DNA from: Eledone cirrhosa
Lineage: Eukaryota
Assembly (NCBI GenBank): GCA_964016885.1
Contig: OZ024742.1
Location: forward strand, 184,326,001-184,390,000
Direction of reading: 5' to 3'
DNA length: 64,000 nucleotides
In this document: positions 25,832 through 39,440 of the stretch, in pieces
Numbering within the stretch: position 1 is the first letter of the stretch
Layout: every line of letters starts with the position of its first letter
Notes under the pieces: model-generated
Databases searched by the model: none
Seen by the model: only the letters and a program-made list of their open reading frames with translations
Told to the model about the DNA's origin: nothing
Program-made: the position numbers and the translations under genes

Positions 25832-26545
25832 AATATATATATATATATGCTTGGTGGCACATGGCTTAGTGGTTAGGGCATTGTCCTTGCAATCGAAAGG
25901 TTGTGAGTTCAATTCTCAGACCAGGCGATGTGTTGTTTCCTTGAGCAAGACACTTTATTTCACATTGTTCCAGTTTACTCAGCTGTAGAAATGAGATGAT
26001 AAGGACTGGGGTACATATCATTCCACTGTAAAGTGGACGTGTAGGTGCCACGGAAAAAAAGCATCCAGCACTCACTGTAAATGAGGTTGGTGTTAGGAAG
26101 GGCATCCAGCTGTAGAAATCAAGCCAGAATCAGTTCCCGTCCCACCCTTGCAAGCAGAGAAAAAGCGGACATAAAATGAAATGATGAATGATGATGCTTA
26201 TAATAATTATAATATGTGAGAACGAAGTATGAGTTTAGCATCTTGTACATATTTTATTCACCTGTGATGTACATTCGGCTATCAATCAGCTCATGGCTGA
26301 TCGGTTACGATCAGGCCTGATTCTGGAATCAATAGCTCATCAGATCCATGTAATAAATAGCATTGAGTGTTTAAACCTGTGAACCATCAGTAACTGAATT
26401 TTACACACCAAGCAACTATATATGAGCAAGACATACTTACCTAACTTGACATGTCTCATAACATGACAACCCATCTAACCCACACAAGCACGAAAAATAG
26501 AGGTTAAACGGAGATAATGATGTTATATATATATATATATATATA

Positions 26546-27958
26546 TCATCATCATCATCATCATCATCACCGTTTTACGTCCGTTCTTCCACGCTAGCAT
26601 GGGTTAGACGGGTTGTCCTGTTGTGGGCAGTGTCTGGTCGGCTGACCATGCCTTGCTCATACAGGAACTGATCTGGCTTGATTTCTACAGCTGGATGCCC
26701 TTCCTAACACCAACCTCATTTACAGTGAGTGCTGGGTGCTTTTTCGTGGCGCCTACACGTCCACTTTACAGTGTGGGCTGGGTGCTTTTTTGCCGTGGCA
26801 CCTCCACGGCCACCTTGCGGTGGGGGGGGGGGGGGCATATTGTTTATATGCTTCAGCATGTACCCATGGGAGGTCGGGTACCCTGTATTACTGCGTGACG
26901 CCAGAAGTCACGGTCGTGTGTCATTGACTTTGAGAGGTGTAGTTGGGTAAGGTCGGCTTTTATCACCTCATCCCAAGTCATCTTGGGTCTCCCCACTCCG
27001 CGGTTTCCATCAACTTCTAGTGCTCTGCACCTTTTTATGCAGCTGTCATCCTTCATACGCATCACATGTCCATACCAGCGTAACCGCCTCTCCTGCACGC
27101 AGCATTTGATTCCTCTTATGCTCAGTCTCTCTCTCAATTCCTTTATGCTTTGTCGTTCACGTATATTACTGTTACACATCCATCGGAGCATGCAGGCTTC
27201 GTTTCTCTCTAATCTACGTAAGTCTTCCACCTTCAGCGCCCAGGTCTCACTACCATGCAACATCGCTGTTCGGATACACGCATCATACAGTCTGCCTTTC
27301 ATTCTGAGGGAGAAGCCTTTTGCAGCTAGCAGTGGTAGTAGTTCCCTAAACTTCTTCCATCCCGTTCTTACCCTAGTTATTGTACTTTCTGAGCACCCAC
27401 CTCCGTTGCTAATTCGGTCACCTAGGTAGCAGAAGCTGTCTACTGTTTCTACAGGGCCCTCCCAGAGATTGGTGGTACTTGTTTCCTGTGGCTGTTTGCT
27501 TGCTGTTTCAGCACAGCTGCTGCATGTGAATCCTACATTCTTAATTAAGCTTCCTGAGATCCCGCTACATCTCTTGTGTACCCATTGTTTGCATTTGGGG
27601 CAGAGAATGGAGTTCCTACCTACACCTTTCCTACATACTGAGCAAGGCCATTTCCCTGAGGGGATCTGGGTTCTGTTTTCTCGTCTACTTACAAGGACCT
27701 TAGTCTTTGTCATGTTGACTTTGAGGCCCTTTCTCTCTAGTCCCTGCTTCCAGGTTTGGAATTTATTCTCTAGTTCTACCATAGATTCAGCTATGAGTGC
27801 GAGGTCATCAGCATACAGGAGTTCCCATGGGCATCCGGTCTTAAACTCCTCCGTTATTGCCTGCAGGACTATGATGAACAGGAGAGGGCTAAGAACAGAG
27901 CCCTGGTGGACCCCAACCTGTACGCTAAATTCCTCGCTATACTCATTGCCAATCCTAA
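26546..27958 (-). mobile_element. 5'-truncated RTE LINE, open frame (RT + PHD), sister of the 23414 copy
   Basis: ORF 26853-27989 with YADD and PHD. (GAT)n tail, with (TA)n on both sides. Confidence 0.95.
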
Positions 27959-29256
27959 TATATATATATATATATATATATTCTGTCATTAATATATATA
28001 TATATATATATATTCTGTCATTAATACTATATTTGTTGATTTAGAGGATAAACAATATTATTAATCATTTTAGCCAAATTCAATCGTAGTGAATTATATC
28101 TTTGTACCACAAAATAACAAAAACTATAAACAGTCTCCTTCTACCTTTTTTCCCTTCGTATTTGAAGTTACTTTTCTCGAAGACGAGTTGCTTGCAGTAT
28201 GGCTTCTAAAGTACTCCTTTTATACATACCTTGCTTTTTGAGCCGTTATTTTTAGTGGTGAATATCCTCTCTGCCACCAACCACTTTACAACATAGAATG
28301 GGTGCATTTTATCATGCCATCTTTACCAGAAAGTTTATCTCTGATTAGACTAAAGAGTCCTCTCTACTCTAACTTCTCTTTGTTCATTCCTTGTAGATGT
28401 AGTGTCATCATCATCATTGTCAATATCATTGCTATACTTTTCTAAGTAGGAGGAAAGAAACCGAGGGAAGGCACTTCAAATAATTGTTTCTACTTTAGGC
28501 ACAAGGCCAGCAATTACCCAGTACGTTACTGGTACTTTATTTTATCGACCCCGTAAGGATGAAAGGCAAAGTTAACCTCGGCGGGATTTGAACTCAGACT
28601 GTAAAGGGACGTAACTATGCTAGAAAGCATGGAGTCCAACTCTTTACCGATACTGCCAATTCACCGCCCTTAGGCACTTCAAATAATGTCCATGAGGCAA
28701 CATAGTTATTGCAAGAGGGGGTGAGGGTTACTCTAGAGCAAAGGTTCTCAACTCATTTTGGCCAAAATGCCCCCTTTTGCCCCTTGAAATCACGAACCTC
28801 CCCTATTTTTCCATTTTTCAATATACTACTGATTTTGATATCAGTAGATTACTGGGCCAAATCAAGTTATCTGAGATTCTTTAAAAAATACTCGTACGAA
28901 TTAAATACAAAAAAGTTTCAGTCCAAAACAAAAGCAAGCTATTTCAAATTATATATTTTTGAAATAAAAAAAAGCATTTGATCTCAGTCGAAAAAGCTTT
29001 TTTTTTTTAAATTCTATATTTCACTGTTAGCTGTTGTAATATTTTGAGTGGATAGACAATTGAAACTGCAAAGTCAAAATACAAAAGATGCAAAATATGA
29101 AGAATTTCTTACCTTTCTCTGAAATCACAAACTCAGGGGAAAAATAGTACCTTGCAAAATAATATACCTCGTAGCAAAATAAGTAGTAAGGAATGAATTG
29201 AGAAGCTTGGTGACTGAGAAAGCAATATCTGTATCCCTTATATATAAACATAGATA

Positions 29257-29298
<42 letters not shown>

Positions 29299-29523
29299 CA
29301 TACACACACACAAACTTGTGTATGTGTGCCTTGGTGCAGAAAGAATTTTGTCTACAGTTTTTTATTGCCAGGTCAAAGCCCACAGCTCTTTTCAACAACG
29401 CCAAATAACAACACTCCACACACACACACATATATATATATATATAAATGAAGAGAGAAAGAGGGAGGGACAGAGAGAGTAAGAAATGTGTGTGTGTTTA
29501 GTACATGTCTATTTATCTATCTA

Positions 29524-32050
29524 CCATCCGGTCGTTGCAAGACGAAGATGGACGAGTGATCCGGGAGCCTAAGCAGATGTGCGAGGCCTTTCAAAAGCAC
29601 TTTGCCCGATTGTTCGGGGGAGGCGAGGGTCCGGGCCGGGGCGTGGATTTCGGTCCATACCTCGACGGCCTGCCGCGTCTCTCGAACAAAGAGGCAGAGT
29701 CCTGCGAGGGACCAATCTCGGCTGATGAGATCGGAGATGCGCTGAGCCAATCCAGCAGACGCAAATCTCCAGGTCTCGATGGTATACCTTACGAACTTTA
29801 TTTAGCAATGCCGGTCTTCTTCTCCGAACTCCTCGAAGCGGTCTACTGCAATTGGCAGCAGAACGGGAGAATTCCTTGTTCTGTAGCCAAGGGCGTAGTC
29901 ACGCTGGTGAGGAAGGACGAGAACAAGGGGGATAGTATAAATAATTTTCGGCCCATAACCCTGCTAAACACAGAGTTAAAGATTTTGGCCAAGGTGTTAG
30001 CAAAGAGGTTGGCGCTTGTCGTGGGTGGCCTGGTGGGAGATGCGCAGACATGTGCTATCCCATCCAGGTCCATTCACGATAACCTCCACCTCATGCGATA
30101 CATCATAGAGAGGGTTGGCAACAAACCCGGCTTCGGTGGGGCCCTGATCAACTTGGATCAGTCTAAGGCCTTCGATAGGGTCGACCATGGTTACCTGGAT
30201 GCGGTGCTAGCGGCGGCTGGGTTCGGTCCTGTTTTCAGAGGCTGGATCACTGCCTTACATAGCAACCACATCTGTTCTAGGATCAAGGTGAACGGCTACC
30301 TTTCGAAGCCGTTCGAAATCACACGATCCATTCGACAGGGGTGCCCTCTCTCCTCCCTTCTGTACGTATTGACTCTCGAGCCTTTACTGAGGAAGTTGGA
30401 GTTGTTGCAGGGTATCCCCCTGGAACCAAGATTGAGCAAAGCGGTGTCGGCCTACGCCGATGACGTAACAGTAATGGTATCGACCGACTCGGAGATCGAG
30501 GCGATCGGTACCTTACTGGAGGAGTACGAAAGGTTGTCAGGAGCGAAACTGAACCGGGAAAAATCCATCGGGCTGCAACTCGGAACGTGGAGAGGCAGAC
30601 CGATGCCTCCTGACGGTGTCGTCGGACACTGGACGGAGGGCCCGGTAAAGTTGCTTGGGGTCTGGTTTGGACCGGACCTCCAGGTGGAAAAGAACTGGAA
30701 CGAGGTTACGAACAAGGTGTTTGCACTAACCCAGAAATGGGCCAAGTGTAAGCTGTCCCTAAAAGGCCGGGCGGAGGTGGCGAACATTTACATAGCGTCC
30801 GTCACTTACTACCGCCTGACTGTCGTGCCTTGCCCTAAGGAAACACTCACCACCATGGAATGCATGCTCTTCCAATTTCTTTGGAAGAAGCGTCCTCCTA
30901 TGGTGAGAAGATCCATCTGCTGCCAACAACCTTCGAAAGGAGGGCTGGGGATGCCGTGGTTGATGATGCGTAGGCACGCATTAAGGCTACGGCACCTACA
31001 GGTATTCCTCACTGGTCAACCGGTGTGGGCTCCGTTCGTGAAACGAGCCTTTCCGAGACTCGTCTCACTCACCGAGCTACAGTCCTGGGTCAAGCAAAGA
31101 TCCGGAAAACTGGGAGACTGGCACACTGAGTGTGCTCAGGCGCTCAGGGCTCTCTGGCAAGCGGGCCGGGCCATCGGTGGAGAATCCACCTCATCATTCT
31201 ATAGAGGGCTGGTGGCTAGCAGGGGCGATGACACCCTTGGAGAGTCGCTGGACATGGAAGAAGACGAACTGGCCAGCCTGTTCGGTAGGACTTTCGGCCC
31301 AGGACCAATGGACAACTTCCAGAAGTCACTGGCCTGGCAGTGCTACCGAGGGGCTCTACCCGTTCGAGAGAGGCTCTACAGACACGGGCGCCCGGGCAGG
31401 GATCCCTCAAAAAAGATTTGCCCTAGATGCGTGCGTCACAAAGAAACCGTGGCGCACGCATTGGTGCAATGTCCTGGCGTGGCTGATCTGTGGGGCTACG
31501 CCGAACAACTGCTGTCGCGGGTGGCGCCGATTAAATTGACCGCCGAGTCCGTGATGACAATCAAACCGCCTCCCCTCTTCACAAAGAAAGCAAAGGCGGT
31601 TTTTCTGTGCGTAATAGCCATGTTGAAAGAGGTTGTTTGGTGGACACGATTGAAAGGTCTGAGGTCAGGCAACTTCCTCTCTGGCCATAGTCTGGTCTAC
31701 TTCTTCCGATATCATTTCGGAAGAAGGATAAGAATGGAGAGAGAGGTGCTTGGCCACAGGCAGTTTTATGAAAGGTGGGTGATAGTGGCAAGAATGGCTC
31801 GTGTAAATGGGCCTTCTCTGTATACCATCCTGTAGGTAAAGAAGTAAAGGAGAGGGGAGCACCTTCTCCATGTGCTCCCCTGGCAAAGGATTGCACACTT
31901 TTTCGGGGGTGTGTGCAACCCCCATCACGTCCCCTCCCTTTTGAGGTTATTTTCGATTATTTCCATGTTACACCCTTTTTACTCGATTATATGTAAACTC
32001 CCCCTTTGTATTTGTCCCTTCTTTTTATGCCTTTATGGTAAATAAAGAAA
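29524..32050 (+). mobile_element. 5'-truncated Tx1/L1-clade LINE, ~770-codon open ORF2 (RT + C-terminal zinc finger)
   Basis: KSPGLDG, FRPITLLN, LDQSKAFDRVDH, RQGCPLS, YADD, CPRC...HALVQC. AATAAA at 32041 and a 9-bp TSD atctatcta (29515-29523 / 32050-32058). Confidence 0.95.
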
Positions 32051-32069
32051 TCTATCTATTTATCTCCAA

Positions 32070-32474
32070 CAGGGGGCTCACACATGCGGCCCGCGAACTA
32101 CTTATCTGTGGCCCGTGGTAGGACCAATATTTCATATCGCATTATAACTGGTGAAAATAAGGCGGTGAGCTGGTGGAATCGTTAGCACATCTGGCGAAAT
32201 GCTTAACGGTACTTCTTCCGTTTTTATGTTCTGAGTTCAAATTCCGCCGATCTCAACTTTGCCTTACATCCTTTTGGGGTCGATGAATTAAGTACCAGTT
32301 GTGTACTAGGACCGATGCAATCGACTGAACCCTAAACCCCAAATTTCATGCCTTGTTCCTATAGTAGAAATGATTATAACTGGTGAAAATTTTCACCCAC
32401 CACCACGTTTGGCCCACTGTGCCTCTCCTCCAGGACGTAATAGCCCTTTTGTGTCCTTGAGTTTGAGACCCCTC
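32070..32474. mobile_element. hAT MITE containing a Meta-SINE (32159-32372) with an 18-bp TSD
   Basis: Termini cagggggctca..gcggcccgc / tgagtttgagacccct. TSD attataactggtgaaaat at 32141-32158 and 32373-32390. Confidence 0.75.
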
Positions 32475-34821
32475 TTCTACACACACACACACATATATTT
32501 TACTTTTTTCTGTCTCTAGACTACGCCCATGCTGGAGCATCACCTTGATAAGTTATGGGGACATCAACAAACCAACAAGCATTGGTGGGAGGGCAAACAC
32601 AAACGCAAAGACACACAGACATATATACATATCTACGACGAGCTTCTTTTAGTTTCGATCTATCAAATCCACTTACAGGGCTTTGGTCGGCTCGGGCAGT
32701 GGGACTGAACCCGGAAATATGTGGTTGGGAAACCAGCTTCTTGTCACACTGCATATATATATATATATGTGTGTGTGTGTATAATATATATATTATACAC
32801 ACATATATCATTTATCATCATTCATCATTCATTTCATTTTACGTCCGCTTTTCCCTGCTTGCAAGGGTGGGACGGGAACTGATTCTGGCATGATTTCTAC
32901 AGCTGGATGCCCTTCCTAACACCAACCTCATTTACAGTGAGTGCTGGGTGCTTTTTTTCCGTGGCACCTCCACGACCACTTTGCAGTGGAATGATATGGA
33001 CCCCAGTCCCTATCATCTCATTTCTACAGCTGAGTAAACTGGAGTAATGTGAAATAAAGTCTCTTGCTCAAGGAAACAACACATCACCCGGTCTGAGAAT
33101 TGAACTCACAACCTTTCGATTGCAAGGCCAATGCTCTAACCACTAAGCCATATATAAATCTACATACATACATACATATATACACACATTTACGTATGTA
33201 TATAGCTATGCATTTATACATTTGTATATATACATGCATTTATATTTAAGTGTGTAAGGATGTTGATATGATCTATGTCTTCTTTTTTTGGTAAGGAGAA
33301 CATTTTTGTCGCCAGATTTTATTAACTAGGGAGTTTAAATACCACACTTCTGGCTGAAAGCTGACCAGGTTCTCAACTTCATCAAACACTAACGCCAGCC
33401 TCACTGACTGTCTAAGAGACGTACAAATATGACTTATAAAACTTACCAAACTAAAAGGGCTTCTAGCGCCCTCAAAGTTTCAAACGCCCCCTTACTGCAT
33501 AACGCCCTCCTGGGGCTACGAACCCCCTCTCCTCCATTGAGAACCTTTACTCGAGGGTTTTCCTTTCCTATTTAGGGAACATTTTCTTGTATTGTTAGTT
33601 TTACTATTTATTGCTATTATTGTTGTATCTACTGTTTTTCCTTTGTTGATTTCCTCTTCCCTATATGCAATGTAAACCCTTCTTTGTGTTGCTTTTACCC
33701 TTGTAATGTTCCCAATGACTCATGCCCTTGTGCTCAATAAAAGAAATCATTATTATTTTTATTACTGGGCAGCAGATTGGCAACATCGGTAGAGCATCAG
33801 ACACCATGCTTCGCAGCATAGAGTTATGGCCCTTTGTGTTCTGAGTTCATATCCTGCCGAGGTTAGCTTTGCCTTTCATCCTTACGGAGTCAAGAAAATA
33901 AAGCACCAGTAATGTACTGGGGTAATTGCTGGCCTTGTGCCAAAAGTAGAAACAATTATTATTTTTATTACTATTAAGAGCAGTGGATTGGCAGGATCAT
34001 TAGAGCATCAGACAAATAGTTTCTGTTATTTGTTCTGGTCCTCTACATTCCAAGTTCAAATCCTGTCGAAGTCAACTTTACCTTTCGCCTTTCCAGGTTT
34101 AATAAAATAATGTACCGGTTAATTACTGGAGTCGATTTAATCGACTTTCCCTTCCCTCAACATTTTTGGTCTTATACCTAAATTAGAAACTATTATTATC
34201 ATTGATTTTATCATCATTATTATTATCTTTATCGGCCCTTGCCATTCTGAGTTCAAATCTCGCCGAGGTTAACTTTGCCTTTCATCCTTATGTAGAAACA
34301 ATTATTATTATCTTTATCATCATCATTATTATCTTTATCATCATTATCATTATCTTATTATCCTCATTGTCATCATCTAAACAATCTATGTAGTTTCTCT
34401 TCTATACACTAAAGTACATTAGATATTTCATTTCAGAAAATCTGTTTCTCTCCAGTTTTATATATTTTAGGTATTTCTCCCAGTTTCCTATCATTAAGGT
34501 CAATCCTGTATATTTCTTACTCTGCCTATCACTCTACTCAAACTACTACTGCTGCTGCTAGATCATATTTCTTCATCATCCTCTTACCTTATGATGTCTG
34601 TAATTCCCAGTTGTTTACTTACATTGTTTGAATTCATTCAGCTTATCATCTTTATCAAACCCCTATTATTAGCTGTTGTTCCCAATCTTGCTTTAGATTT
34701 TATTTCTCTCATTCACAATATCATCTCTCTCTCAATTTATGTTTCTTTATCTTTAACACTTTTGATACTAATCCACTTGAAACTGACCCTGGTTCTTTGA
34801 TACAATACTGTTTATTTTAAA

Positions 34822-35110
34822 GTCTTCTTCTTCTTCACCCACTTATTCCTGAGAGGGCAGAGTCCTCAAACACTCCTTCCAGTGGGTCGTATCAGAAGCA
34901 ACTCGTCTCCAACTCATCCGGCTGGATCCCCAAGCGTGACCAGCCAAATCCATGGATGTTAATCAAACCATCTTGCTCAGAGTCTATCCCTGGGTCTCCT
35001 TCTGGCTGGTTTTGTCTGTAAAATCTGTCCAGCAATTCTTTCCTAAGACATTCCAACCACATCCAGAGAAGTAGCGTCTCTACCTGGAGTGACTCTCTGA
35101 TCTCCGAGTT
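34822..35110 (-). mobile_element. 3' fragment of a second RTE family with (GAA)n tail
   Basis: Matches the 3' end of the element at 59600-59876 (ccctctcaggaataagtgg). Confidence 0.75.
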
Positions 35111-35867
35111 ACTTTAAAGTGTTTATTATAATCATTATCTGCCAGGAGTTGTGACTAGTAGATAGTATCAGCAATGGAAAGTTTCATTTGTTTGATTTGA
35201 TGGGATCTTGTTGATTGATTCAATCAATCAATCATCATCATCGTCACCATATTACATGGGTTAGACAAGGTGAACATTATATTTATCTCAAAACTGCCTA
35301 TCATAATTTTATGTAAGAACCTGTTTTATGTTTCAGATACCAGGTAAATTATGAGAATGTTATATAACTAAATCTCTCTAAATTCATTATTTTCAAAATG
35401 ATTTGAAAAACACAGGTAGTCTCTTTCATTAGAAATATGGTAACAAAAAGCTAAATATATACCACATTTGCTTGTATATATGTCACACTGGTTGATAAAC
35501 CATATCTACAATTTATATCCAACACTTACAACGTACCATATGTATGTTAGATTAAATGTAACTGCTTCAACACCTGTGGAACTCAAGGTGATTCTGTCCA
35601 CTCTTTTCCATCTCTAGAGACTAATATACCCAACTTGTTTGACTATTTTTCAAAGTAAAAAATCTATCTTGAAACAGTTAACTTTAAGCTAACATACATT
35701 CAAAATGTTCCATATGTTTTAAATTGAGGTTTTGTATGTCAAGTAGATAGGCCATAAGCTGGTTTTTCATGGAAAATTTGCATTGAAACGCAGATATTTC
35801 AAATTTTTCAAATGCTTCTAACATCAACTGCTTTATTTATAGTCTAAATGCTTTAATAGACTGTATT

Positions 35868-35980
35868 TATTCAAAATTGCATCTGTGCGAGTCACTACTC
35901 AAGAGTTTCCCATTCCTGATCTTGGGCAAAAATGAAAAACTCCAAGTAGTAACTTACATAGACTCGAATTTGAATGAATA
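35868..35980. repeat. old imperfect palindrome (probable decayed MITE)
   Basis: tattcaaa..tctgtgcgagtcactactcaagagttt versus aaactccaagtagtaacttacataga..tttgaatg. Confidence 0.55.
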
Positions 35981-37969
35981 TTTTTAAACTCCATCTAACA
36001 ATATTTCTCCTTTGCTTTATTAGTGTTATACTACCATTACTTCAATATATTGACTGCATGCATTAACCTTCTCATTGCCATATTTCTAATGAAAGACACT
36101 GCTCATAATTTTCAAATCATTCTCACTCTGATCGATAAATAAGATGCCAGACCTCATTCACTTGCCAAGTGGGGTGGACCTTTTCAAATCAGACCAAGGA
36201 AAAAATGATTCCATTGGTCTTTCCATTGCTGATACTATCTACCAGTTGCAACTCCTGCCAGAAGGAGCAACATGAAATAAAGTCTCTTGCTCAAGGACAT
36301 AACACATCACCTGGTCTGAGAATTGAACTTGCAACCTCACAATTGTGAATCCAACTCTCTAACCACTAAACCACCCGCCTTCACAATTTTCAAATAATTT
36401 TGAACATAATCAAGTATTTGGTAGGATTTAGAAATGTAAAAGTTTAAAAGAAAAAAAAATAAATGACATCATTGCGTATAATGCAGTTCCGGAGAACAGC
36501 CATGTCTATGTAAATTTCTTTATAAACTTGTTCCATATTATCCATCAGAATCTTGATCTCCCACATAAATTTCACTACAGTATTCATTTTTACATGATGT
36601 TGAATAATGTGAAACAAAACATTTTATGTAAAAGTGGGAATATCCTACTTCCATATCTGTTTAGCAAACAACAAATCAGCATATATTTTAGCAGTAGTTA
36701 GGCCTTAGTTGTAATAATAACATTATTAAACAAAACAGATTTTTATGTAGTGCCTTTATTAATATATTCTATTAATTTCCTGTCTTTGTGACAACCAATG
36801 TTCAATTACATTGATTCCCAAATAACAAATATTGTTGAAATACCCAATACTATTTGGAAACAATTGTTATCAGCAAGTATTTGTAATCTTACCATTTGAA
36901 ATGAGTATTTTTTAAACTTAGTAAAAATGTCTGAAAACGTGTACTCATGTATAATACACTCCCTCCCTTTTTTGCCCTTAATTTTAGTTTAAAATTTCTC
37001 AGTATTTAGAACATAACTTAATAAGGGTTCTTACATAAAATTGTGATGGAAGATTTTAAGATAATTATAAACATTTTAAAAAAAACAAATAATTTTATAT
37101 CAGAGAACCAGAAGTGGTTTCAAGTGGTTTAGTATCAAGAGGGTTATATGGCTTTGTGTTATAGAACCAGAAGTTTTCAGGTGGTTTGTTATCAAGAGGG
37201 TTATATGACATTGCATCATAGAATCAGGGATGGTTTTAAGTGGTTTGATATCAAATGGGTTAATTTAACTTTCATTCTTTTTCTCTGTGATATCAATGTT
37301 TACTATTTGAGACTGTTACATAAAGGCAGTGGACTGGCAAAACCATTATAACATCAGACAATTGTTCCAGCTTTTTGAGTTCAAATCCTACCAAGGTCAA
37401 TTTTGCCTTTCATCCTTCTGAGGTTGATAACATAATGTACCAATCAAGTGCTAGAGTCAATATAATCAACTTTCCCTTTACCCCAAATGAAGGCTCTTGT
37501 AACTGTTGATATTTCTCACTTGTAATACTTTCCTCATATTCCACCATTGAAAAATATAAACTGTTTTTACCTTACATGACTTTTATTTAAATGTTGTAGA
37601 AGGTTTGACAGGAAGCAATATATATATCTGTTATTTCCAAACTTATTATTAGTATGTATCGTATTTAGAATAGGTACACAGTATTTCTGTGTCACAAAAG
37701 GTCAACTGAAAGAGTTGACACTAAGAAAGGTATCGCTTCATAAAGGACACTTTGATGTGTATGAAGTCTATGATGGCACCTAACAGGCTAACCTCTGCTT
37801 TAACTGGGAAAGTGATCTATAAACGTTTGTTGTTATTGTTGTTCCTCTCATTGTTGCACATGTTGTTGTTCTCATTGTTGTTATTGTTATAGTTGTTTTT
37901 GCTGTCATTGTTCTTGATTCATAATTTATGTAATAAATATTAACACTTCATGAAATTTATCTTTCACAG

Positions 37970-38658
37970 ATATGAAATATTTATTTGGTGGAAAGAATAC
38001 TGAACCAAATGTAAAGAAGTCTATGACAAAGAAGGTGCTTTGGTCATCAGATGAATTAAGCATATTGAGGAGAAAACATGAAGATGTGAAGAAAGAAAAT
38101 CGGGAAATGAAAGTGAAACTACAAGAGCAGGGGGCATACATTAAACAACTGGAAGACAAGGTTACTGGCCTCTCAAAAGTATCAAATGAAGCACTGGAAA
38201 ATATATCACACTTGAAAACAGTGAATCAGCAACAACATATATATATTACATCTCTGAAGACTGAACTAAGCTCAGCTAATGTAACTGTGGAGACCTTATA
38301 CAAAACCAACAGTGAAGTGTCAGAAGAATGGGAGAAACTATTGAAAAATAATTCTGAATTGAAAGTCTTATTAAATAAAAAAGATATTGAATATGAAAAA
38401 GTTGTTAAGCAGTTGGAGAATATCAAATTTCATTTATCTAAAAAACTAGAATTAAACATTGAAAAACTAAAAGCTATTTACAAGAATAAGTTAAAATTAT
38501 TATGTGACCAACTGAATACTTATCAAAGTAAATATCTCAGTGAACACCAGCAACATATTGTCTCCAAGAAAGAACTTCAAAATCTTGTGCAGCATTTCCT
38601 CACACTGTCGTCACATTCTGGACAAGACCAACTGGACCAACTCAACTATGTTTTATAA
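37970..38658 (+). CDS. CCDC160: CCDC160-like coiled-coil protein, terminal coding exon
   Basis: Acceptor ctttcacAG|AT: G+AT=Asp restores the frame with exon 1. There are 228 further codons of heptad-rich sequence. The C-terminal E.LK..Y...L...L......E......K.L..L..HF pattern recalls CCDC160. Confidence 0.75.
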
Positions 38659-39217
38659 TTTTATCTTAACATTTTTGTTACCATATTTCTCCTGAAAGAC
38701 ACTGCCTACAGTTTCTATCTTGCTTACATACTTTCCAGTTTTTGCATGGTTTCTACAGCTGGATGCCCTTCCTATCACCAACGACTTTACATGCACACAC
38801 ACATGAGCTGATCTCAAATCACTGAGTCTCACAACCAAGTTGAGGAAGGGCCGCGATGAATGGAGAAATGGTTGTGCTGGAAATGACCCATCCAACCCAT
38901 GCAAGCATGAAAAACAGATGTAAAATGGTGATGAGTTTGATGAATACACTCTGTAAAGTGGTAGTATTAGTATAAAATAGAATATAAGTACTGTCACGAT
39001 AAAATGCTTGCAGTATACAATGTAAAGTGATTGGCATTATGAAGAGTATCCAAAAGTAGAAATCATGCCAAAAATGAACTGCGGCAAACTGTCCAACCCA
39101 TGCCAGCCTGGAAAACAAACATCAAATGATGATGGAATATACACTATAGATATAGTGAAGCTTTGAAGCAGTGACCAGGTCATAGATGTATATACAATTA
39201 TTTATATATATATATAT

Positions 39218-39415
39218 CATCATCACCATTTTACGTCCGTTCTTCCACACTAGCATGGGTTAGACGGGTTGTCCTGTTGTGGGCAGTGTCCCGTCGGCTG
39301 ACCATGCCTTGCTCATATGGGAACTAATTCTGGCTTGATTTCTACAGCTAGATGCCCTTCCTAACACCAACCTCATTTACAGTGAGTGCTGGGTGCTTTT
39401 TTCCGTGGCGCCTAC
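39218..39415 (-). mobile_element. 200-bp 3' end of the RTE family between (TA)n tracts
   Basis: Near-identical to 26546-26756. Confidence 0.85.
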
Positions 39416-39440
39416 AATATATATATATATATATATATCT

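Larger units (their letters stand above)
28739..33549. mobile_element. non-autonomous hAT (Charlie-like) element hosting nested insertions
   Basis: TIRs caaaggttctcaa / ttgagaaccttta. Left flank ctctagag is a typical Charlie-type 8-bp site; right flank is ctcgag. Confidence 0.6.

Noticed and set aside
37972-38658. Stand-alone single-exon 228-aa gene
   Set aside because: A strong acceptor 2 nt before the ATG is phase-compatible with the upstream exon, so it is better read as a terminal exon.
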